From: Escherichia coli O127:H6 str. E2348/69
Lineage (GTDB): Bacteria > Pseudomonadota > Gammaproteobacteria > Enterobacterales > Enterobacteriaceae
NCBI RefSeq assembly: GCF_000026545.1
Contig: NC_011601.1
DNA length: 64,000 nucleotides
Reading direction: 5' to 3' (one strand)
The notes beneath the pieces are model-generated. The model made no database searches, was not told the origin of the DNA, and saw nothing but the letters and a program-made list of their open reading frames with translations. The translations under genes and the position numbers were made by a program. Of this stretch, positions 57,284 through 64,000 are shown piece by piece (the stretch's first letter is position 1; every line of letters starts with the position of its first letter).

Positions 57284-58993
57284 ATGAAATTTATTGGGAA
57301 GCTGCTTCTCTACATTCTCATCGCTCTGTTAGTGGTGATCGCTGGCCTCTATTTTCTTCTGCAAACTCGCTGGGGAGCAGAACATATCAGCGCATGGGTT
57401 TCCGAGAATAGCGACTATCATCTGGCCTTCGGGGCGATGGATCACCGTTTTTCCGCGCCATCTCATATCGTGCTGGAGAACGTCACGTTTGGCCGTGATG
57501 GCCAGCCCGCGACCCTGGTGGCAAAAAGTGTCGACATTGCGCTAAGCAGTCGGCAACTGACCGAACCACGCCATGTCGATACCATCCTGCTGGAAAACGG
57601 GACGCTGAATCTCACCGACCAGACCGCGCCGCTACCGTTCAAAGCCGATCGTCTGCAACTGCGTGATATGGCGTTTAATAGCCCGAATAGCGAATGGAAA
57701 CTGAGCGCGCAGCGGGTAAATGGCGGCGTGGTTCCGTGGTCACCAGAAGCCGGTAAAGTGCTGGGTACGAAGGCACAGATTCAGTTTAGTGCCGGATCGC
57801 TTTCGCTCAATGATGTTCCTGCCACCAATGTACTGATTGAAGGCAGTATTGATAACGATCGCGTTACGCTGACTAACCTGGGTGCCGACATCGCCCGCGG
57901 GACATTAACCGGAAACGCGCAGCGTAACGCTGACGGCAGCTGGCAAGTGGAAAACCTGCGCATGGCGGATATCCGTCTACAAAGCGAAAAATCGCTAACC
58001 GACTTCTTTGCACCATTACGCTCTGTCCCGTCGTTGCAGATTGGTCGCCTGGAAGTCATCGACGCTCGTTTGCAAGGTCCGGACTGGGCGGTGGCCGACC
58101 TCGATCTCAGCTTGCGCAACATGACCTTCAGTAAAGATGACTGGCAGACACAGGAAGGTAAACTGTCGATGAACGCCAGCGAGTTTATTTATGGCTCGCT
58201 GCATTTATTTGATCCGATTATAAACGCGGAATTTTCCCCGCAGGGCGTAGCACTGCGCCAGTTCACCAGCCGCTGGGAAGGGGGTATGGTCAGAACGTCA
58301 GGAAACTGGCAACGCGACGGGAAAACGCTGATCCTCGATGATGCGGCAATTGCCGGACTGGAATATACCTTGCCCAAAAACTGGCAACAGTTGTGGATGG
58401 AAACGACACCCGGTTGGTTAAACAGCCTGCAACTGAAGAGATTTAGCGCCAGCCGCAATCTGATCATTGATATCGACCCTGACTTCCCGTGGCAGCTCAC
58501 CGCGCTCGATGGTTACGGTGCCAATCTGACGCTGGTTACCGATCATAAATGGGGCGTCTGGAGTGGCTCGGCGAATCTGAATGCCGCCGCCGCAACGTTT
58601 AATCGTGTTGATGTCCGTCGTCCGTCGCTGGCGCTAACTGCCAACAGCAGCACGGTGAATATCAGCGAACTGAGTGCATTTACTGAAAAAGGCATTCTGG
58701 AAGCCACCGCCAGTGTTTCACAAACGCCACAACGTCAGACCCATATCAGCCTGAATGGACGCGGTGTGCCGGTGAATATTTTGCAACATTGGGGATGGCC
58801 TGAATTACCGTTGACTGGCGACGGCAATATTCAGCTTACCGCCAGTGGCGATCTTCAGGTCAATGTCCCGCTGAAACCTACGGTTAGCGGGCAATTGCAT
58901 GCCGTGAATGCCGCAAAGCAGCAAGTGACTCAAACCATGAATGCGGGCGTAGTTTCCAGTGGTGAAGTTACGTCGACGGAGCCGGTGCAGTAA
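57284..58993 (+). CDS. yicH: AsmA-family protein YicH
   Basis: ORF 57260..58993 trimmed to MKFIGKLLLYIL (569 aa); N-terminal TM anchor. Confidence 0.85.
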   Translation: MKFIGKLLLYILIALLVVIAGLYFLLQTRWGAEHISAWVSENSDYHLAFGAMDHRFSAPSHIVLENVTFGRDGQPATLVAKSVDIALSSRQLTEPRHVDTILLENGTLNLTDQTAPLPFKADRLQLRDMAFNSPNSEWKLSAQRVNGGVVPWSPEAGKVLGTKAQIQFSAGSLSLNDVPATNVLIEGSIDNDRVTLTNLGADIARGTLTGNAQRNADGSWQVENLRMADIRLQSEKSLTDFFAPLRSVPSLQIGRLEVIDARLQGPDWAVADLDLSLRNMTFSKDDWQTQEGKLSMNASEFIYGSLHLFDPIINAEFSPQGVALRQFTSRWEGGMVRTSGNWQRDGKTLILDDAAIAGLEYTLPKNWQQLWMETTPGWLNSLQLKRFSASRNLIIDIDPDFPWQLTALDGYGANLTLVTDHKWGVWSGSANLNAAAATFNRVDVRRPSLALTANSSTVNISELSAFTEKGILEATASVSQTPQRQTHISLNGRGVPVNILQHWGWPELPLTGDGNIQLTASGDLQVNVPLKPTVSGQLHAVNAAKQQVTQTMNAGVVSSGEVTSTEPVQ

Positions 58994-59036
58994 AAATAAG
59001 GACGCTAGCGGATATCAGCGCTAGCGTTCCCCGTTA

Positions 59037-59717
59037 TTAGCGCAAAATTCCATACTCACTGCACAATAACCATTTCACCGGTTCATCTTCTTCTATCGCC
59101 GGAAAACGTCCTCCCGGCTCAAGAAAATAATTATCGTGTTGGTCATCATTTACCATCGAGATTTCCCAGCCGAGAACAAACGCTTTTTCCGCCCAGAAGC
59201 GATGATACAGACGCGGCGGCAGGCAAATGCCCTGCCCCGGCTTTAGCACCAGCGTTTCACCAGGTTTCATGGTACGCCGCTGACCATCAACACTCACGGT
59301 AATGACTCGTTGATCATCACAGAGATTGGCTTCGTTGGCCCAGGCCAACTGCATGCATAAGTCTCCACCGCCCCGATTGAGGATATCTTCCATTTTGTGG
59401 GTGTGAAAATGCCAGGGAGTCTGCTGATCTTGTTGGATCTGCAACATTTTCTCAGCATACGGTTTTGGATATGCCGCCGACCCCAGCGCGCCGTTGCGCA
59501 TCGTTAGCAGTGTTAGTCCCGTTTGGTTGAAATCACCACGACCAAAATCGGTGATATCCCAACCGAGCTGTAAGTCGACCACTTCTTGCCAGTTATCCCG
59601 TTCCCGCTGCAGCCAGTCATCCACCGTAAAATAGGCGAACTCTGGCAAACAAACGCGGAAGGTCTGCGCAATGGCATGTGCTTTATCAATAACATAATTA
59701 ATTTGTGAACGTTTCAT
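59037..59717 (-). CDS. Cupin-superfamily sugar isomerase-like protein (frz-like cluster)
   Basis: ORF 59037..59756 trimmed to MKRSQINYV; cupin-like His/Glu pattern (WHFHTHKMED); last gene of the minus-strand cluster. Confidence 0.55.
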   Translation of the reverse strand: MKRSQINYVIDKAHAIAQTFRVCLPEFAYFTVDDWLQRERDNWQEVVDLQLGWDITDFGRGDFNQTGLTLLTMRNGALGSAAYPKPYAEKMLQIQQDQQTPWHFHTHKMEDILNRGGGDLCMQLAWANEANLCDDQRVITVSVDGQRRTMKPGETLVLKPGQGICLPPRLYHRFWAEKAFVLGWEISMVNDDQHDNYFLEPGGRFPAIEEDEPVKWLLCSEYGILR

Positions 59718-60630
59718 TGGCTTCTCCGTTGCGCATAGCAAGCCAGGCAGCGCCACGCATTCCGCTACTGTCGCCGTGCTGTGCTTTTACAATGGGAGTG
59801 GTGAATTGATCGGTGAAAACCAGTGGAGCGACTTCTGCGTTCAGATCGGTGATAAGCAGTTCCACATTCGAAAGCCCGCCGCCGATCACAATCACGCCAG
59901 GGTCAACAACGTTAACGATGGTTGCCAGCGTGCGGGCAAGCTGTTGGCGAAAACGTGCCACCTGCTGCATGGCACAAGCATCACCACGTTGTGCCAGGGT
60001 GACAATCGCCGCAGGAGTGAGCAAGTTACCAGTCATCTGTTGATAGCGTTCACTAAAACCGCTGCCGGAAACAAACGACTCCACGCAGTTGTGTTTGCCG
60101 CAATAGCAACTGACTGATGGACCATCTTCCTGCTCCGTATAGCCTGGCAACGTGATATGACCGCATTCGGCAGCATTTCCCCAGGCCCCTATAAACGGTC
60201 GTTGCTTGATGGCAATGCCACCGCCGCAGCCCGTACCAAGCGTAATACCAAATACCACGTCATAATCTTGCCCGGCACCGTCGCAAGCTTCTGATAGCGC
60301 GAAACAGTTACCATCATTGGCTATCACCACCGGTTGCCCAAGCAATTGCTGCAAATCAGCCTGTAACGCATGACCGTTAATCACCTGAATATTCGCGTTT
60401 TTAATCAGGCCAGTGAGTGGCGAGATACTGCCGGGTAAGGCGATCCCTGTCAGCATCGGTCGTTGAACGTCCCGCCTAATCTGCTCGATAAGCGCCACAA
60501 CGCATGAGACAAATTGTTGATATGTCGACTTTTGCGTCGGGCAGCGGTAACGGCGAATCTCCCAGCCATGCGCATCCATGACAACGGCGGCGATTTTGGT
60601 CCCACCAATATCCAACCCCAGATAGTGCAT
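59698..60630 (-). CDS. ROK-family sugar kinase (frz-like cluster)
   Basis: ORF 59698..60663 trimmed to MHYLGLDIGGTKIAAVV; ROK signature including the Cys-rich CYCGKHNC segment. Confidence 0.65.
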   Translation of the reverse strand: MHYLGLDIGGTKIAAVVMDAHGWEIRRYRCPTQKSTYQQFVSCVVALIEQIRRDVQRPMLTGIALPGSISPLTGLIKNANIQVINGHALQADLQQLLGQPVVIANDGNCFALSEACDGAGQDYDVVFGITLGTGCGGGIAIKQRPFIGAWGNAAECGHITLPGYTEQEDGPSVSCYCGKHNCVESFVSGSGFSERYQQMTGNLLTPAAIVTLAQRGDACAMQQVARFRQQLARTLATIVNVVDPGVIVIGGGLSNVELLITDLNAEVAPLVFTDQFTTPIVKAQHGDSSGMRGAAWLAMRNGEANETFTN

Positions 60631-60677
60631 ATCTCGTTCCTTGTTGCGTAAAAGGCGGGTCACCCCGCCCTTCTGGC

Positions 60678-61538
60678 TTAGTACAGTGATGCTTTACCGA
60701 ACGAACCGAACAGTTTCATTTTGTGGCGAATGACTTCCCGCGCCGCGTTAATCGCATCCGGATAGATGACGTTCGGGTCCCACCAGCTCTCTTTAGCGAG
60801 AATTTCACGCACTTTCTGGAAATAGGCGTATTTCATATCGCTGGAGATATTGATTTTGCCGACGCCGAGCGTAACTGATTCAGCAATCTCCGCGTCCGGG
60901 TTTGCCGAACCACCGTGTAGTACCAGCGGAATATCAATACGTCCGGCAATGTCGCGCAAAATGTCCATTTGCAGCTTCGGCTGCATCCCTTTAGGATAGA
61001 TGCCATGCGCTGTACCAATCGCCACAGCCAGTGTGTCAGCACCTGTACGAGCAATAAAATCGGCGGCCTGCGCCGGATCTGTGTAGGTCACTTGTGAAAC
61101 ACCACCTTCTACCGACGTTCCTGTTTGTCCGATGGTTCCCAGTTCACCCTCAACCGACACGCCAACCGCGTGAGCGAGGCGAACCACTTCTGCGGTCAGC
61201 GCCACGTTTTCTTCATACGGCAGCAGCGAACCGTCGATCATTACTGAGGTAAATCCGCAGCGAATCGCACGCAAAACATGCTCTACAGAGGCACCATGAT
61301 CGAGGTGCAGTACAAACGGGACCGGACTACGCTGGGTAATTTCGCGAACGTGAGCGAAAAAGGCATCGCCCACAAAATCATGTTCGCTGGGATGGATGGC
61401 AATAATCGCCGGAGTATTTGTCGCTTCTGCTTCATCCACGACTGCGCGAAGGAAACAGTTATCCGCCACATTAAATGCGCCAATGGCAAAGCCGTGCTGG
61501 CGGGTAGGTTGCAGTAATTCTTTCATCGAAACTAACAT
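60678..61538 (-). CDS. Class II ketose-bisphosphate aldolase family protein
   Basis: 286 aa; FBA-II/tagatose-bisphosphate aldolase motifs (HLDHG, LHGGSANP). Confidence 0.75.
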   Translation of the reverse strand: MLVSMKELLQPTRQHGFAIGAFNVADNCFLRAVVDEAEATNTPAIIAIHPSEHDFVGDAFFAHVREITQRSPVPFVLHLDHGASVEHVLRAIRCGFTSVMIDGSLLPYEENVALTAEVVRLAHAVGVSVEGELGTIGQTGTSVEGGVSQVTYTDPAQAADFIARTGADTLAVAIGTAHGIYPKGMQPKLQMDILRDIAGRIDIPLVLHGGSANPDAEIAESVTLGVGKINISSDMKYAYFQKVREILAKESWWDPNVIYPDAINAAREVIRHKMKLFGSFGKASLY

Positions 61539-61618
61539 GTTAAATCTCCAGTTTCAGCGTGTAGTCCGCCCTGCCGGTGCGTTATTGCACTGGCATAAAG
61601 GCCATGACAGAAAATGAA

Positions 61619-62470
61619 TCAGGCTTTGCCAATAGCGCCGCTCGCCTGTAAATACGGTGTAATCGCTTCTTCGAAGGCCAGTTCCATAGCTTTCAGCGCG
61701 TCCACCAGTTCAATGGATATATCGTGACAGAGGGTATGCAGGAGCGCGGATTTCCCCCGTTCAAAAATGGCCGCCCCCACGTTGATTTTTGCTACCCCCA
61801 GAGTCGTACAGAGCTGGAGCTGATCGAACGGCGTACCGCTACCGCCATGTAATGCCAGAGGCACGCTCGAGCAGTGGAAAATCTCCGCCAGACGCTGAAA
61901 ATCAATAGCAGGTACAACACCAGGCGCGTACATGCCGTGCGCCGTGCCTACCGAGACGGCCAGTAGATCAATGCCTGTCTGCGCGATAAACGGTTCCACA
62001 TCAGTGGGTTGCGTCATCAGGTCTGCATTGGCGGCCTGGTCGTAACGCGGCGCATCTGCCAGATGGCCCAGTTCGCCTTCCACGCAGAGCTGCGCGCTGG
62101 CGGCGAGTTCCACCACCGCCCTGGTCTGGCGCACGTTTTCCTCCAGGGGAAAAGCAGAAGCATCAATCATTAATCCGCTGAAACCAGCACGAAACGCCTG
62201 ACGAATACAGTCCGGATTTTTGCCATGATCAAGCGCCAGAGTGACCGGTACTGAGGCAGATTCCGCGAGCGTTTTAACCACTGCCGCCGCGACGGGTGCA
62301 GGAAAATGCGCCAGATGCCCCTGATAGAGATTGAGAATGATCGGAGCGCGATTCTTCTCCGCCACGCGGATAGCTGCGTGAGCACTTTCCAGATTCATAC
62401 AGTTGATCGCCAGCAAGGCGTAATGTTCATGCCAGGCTTTCATCACCATACTTTTCATATCGGCAAACAT
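61619..62470 (-). CDS. Class II ketose-bisphosphate aldolase family protein (second copy)
   Basis: 283 aa; paralogous to the adjacent aldolase (LDHG, LHGGSGTP). Confidence 0.7.
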   Translation of the reverse strand: MFADMKSMVMKAWHEHYALLAINCMNLESAHAAIRVAEKNRAPIILNLYQGHLAHFPAPVAAAVVKTLAESASVPVTLALDHGKNPDCIRQAFRAGFSGLMIDASAFPLEENVRQTRAVVELAASAQLCVEGELGHLADAPRYDQAANADLMTQPTDVEPFIAQTGIDLLAVSVGTAHGMYAPGVVPAIDFQRLAEIFHCSSVPLALHGGSGTPFDQLQLCTTLGVAKINVGAAIFERGKSALLHTLCHDISIELVDALKAMELAFEEAITPYLQASGAIGKA

Positions 62471-62481
62471 AGGGCCTCCGG

Positions 62482-63573
62482 TTATTCGAGGGTGAAAGTG
62501 ATCTCTTCATCTTTCAGCTTTTGATCGCTCAGTTCGTCAAACTCTTCGTCGCGTTCCGTTACCGGTTTCTTCCAGAGTGAAAGCATCACGCCACAAATCA
62601 CCGTGCCTATACCCAGCGCCAGGCAAAACAGCAGAGGATGGGTGAACAGAGGCACAACAAACATGCCGCCATGCGGAACCGGACTCTCCACGCCCCACAC
62701 CATGATTAAGCCGCCCGCGACCGCCGATGCCACCACACAAGATCCCACTACTCGCAGCAGGTCACGCGCGGCGATCGGAATGACTCCTTCAGTGATCATG
62801 CAGATCCCCATCGGAAACGCGGCTTTCAGCGCCTCGCGCTCCGCACGGGTGTATTTATGGCGTGTCAGTAAGAACGAAAGTGTGATGCCAAACGGAGGGA
62901 TGATTGAGCCGACAAATTTCACGGCTTCTGGTCCGTAGACGCCACTGACCAGCAAGCCATCGGAAAACAGCGACATGGTTTTGTTGACCGGACCACCGAA
63001 ATCGAAGGTTGCCATCGCGCCAAGTATGGCCCCCATCAGGAAGCGCGATCCGCCCTGCATCGACTCGAGCAAATGAATCAGTGCTTCTTGTAACCAGGCG
63101 ATGGGTTTACCAATCAGCGTCATCATTAACAGCCCACCGATAATGGTGCTTAATACCGGCAACACCATGATTGGCATGAGTCCTTGCATCGACTGCGGCA
63201 GGCGGATATAGCGTTTAAGTAGCAAAATGGTGTAGCCCACCAGGAAACCACCCAACATACCGCCAATAAATCCGGTATGGATTTGCCCGCAGAGAAAGCC
63301 GACAATCAGGCCTGGGGCAAATCCGGGACGATCGGCAATAGAATAGGCAATTGCCGCGCTAATCAGCGGCACAATCAGCCCCATTCCCCAGCCGCCAATC
63401 TGATTAAGCATCCACGGGATTGTTCCTGTTTTTTCACCAACATCTGTACCGCCAAGAACTTGCCCCAACGCAATACATATCCCGGCGGCCACAATAAGGG
63501 GTATCATCCACGAGATGCCGGTTAATAAATGTTTTTTAATTTCCTGTGAAACCGGAATTTTATTGTCTTTCAT
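62482..63573 (-). CDS. PTS fructose-family EIIC component
   Basis: 363-aa polytopic membrane ORF with PTS EIIC fructose-subfamily character. Confidence 0.8.
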   Translation of the reverse strand: MKDNKIPVSQEIKKHLLTGISWMIPLIVAAGICIALGQVLGGTDVGEKTGTIPWMLNQIGGWGMGLIVPLISAAIAYSIADRPGFAPGLIVGFLCGQIHTGFIGGMLGGFLVGYTILLLKRYIRLPQSMQGLMPIMVLPVLSTIIGGLLMMTLIGKPIAWLQEALIHLLESMQGGSRFLMGAILGAMATFDFGGPVNKTMSLFSDGLLVSGVYGPEAVKFVGSIIPPFGITLSFLLTRHKYTRAEREALKAAFPMGICMITEGVIPIAARDLLRVVGSCVVASAVAGGLIMVWGVESPVPHGGMFVVPLFTHPLLFCLALGIGTVICGVMLSLWKKPVTERDEEFDELSDQKLKDEEITFTLE

Positions 63574-63597
63574 ATTAAGATCCCTCCAGTATAAGGA

Positions 63598-63912
63598 TCA
63601 TTTGTTTCCCAGTGATTTTTCGACCTTTTCAAGAAATTGAACGGGCGATTTAATGACGATCTCTGTCTTTACTCGCACAATACGTTTATTGGTGAAGCGT
63701 TCTTCTCCTTTTATTTTCACATCTACAGCAAGAATCACGACGTCAGCAGCAGAGATATCTGCCGCCTGTAATTCATTTTCTGTACCAATGGTTCCCTGGG
63801 TTTCAACTTTAATGGTATGACCCAGAGCTTTTGCTCCTTTGATTAACTTTTCACGAGCAATATAGGTATGAGCAATACCCGCCGTACAGGCGGCAACACA
63901 GACAATATTCAT
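63598..63912 (-). CDS. PTS fructose-family EIIB component
   Basis: 104-aa ORF with the EIIB active-site cysteine context (VCVAACTAGIAHTYIA). Confidence 0.8.
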   Translation of the reverse strand: MNIVCVAACTAGIAHTYIAREKLIKGAKALGHTIKVETQGTIGTENELQAADISAADVVILAVDVKIKGEERFTNKRIVRVKTEIVIKSPVQFLEKVEKSLGNK

Positions 63913-64000
63913 GACATACTCCCTGTTATTTAGCAGACATCGGATTGTGCATACTGACTAAAGAGATCAATGATTTTTTGCGGACTCGTCTCAACTAACA

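Overview
Enterobacterial (Escherichia coli-type) chromosomal window: yibN-gpmI-envC-yibQ-waaH-tdh-kbl, the complete LPS core (waa) locus with K-12-type gene content, then waaA-coaD-mutM-rpmBG-yicR-dfp-dut-slmA-pyrE-rph-yicC-dinD-yicG-ligB-gmk-rpoZ-spoT-trmH-recG-gltS-xanP-yicH. Gene names are assigned from recognised protein sequences and synteny, not from a database search. Three accessory insertions interrupt this backbone. (1) A retron (reverse transcriptase plus a highly structured msr/msd region) sits between slmA and pyrE. (2) An ~11.1 kb integrative island, bounded by a perfect 19-bp direct repeat, sits between yicC and dinD. It has a P4-like integrase/AlpA/primase-helicase backbone and, next to the integrase, three uncharacterised cargo modules: a 4-gene operon ending in an FtsH-like peptidase-domain protein, a 2-gene operon with a fused HTH-XRE/ImmA-type metallopeptidase, and an orphan 226-aa gene. 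(3) A frz-like fructose-type PTS/aldolase/kinase/cupin cluster lies after yicH. The island cargo is the best candidate for an undescribed system, most plausibly anti-phage defence, but that is inference from position and domain content only. No rRNA, tRNA, CRISPR array or IS element was recognised. rph is full length and htrL is absent between kbl and hldD, so this is not an MG1655-type K-12 strain.
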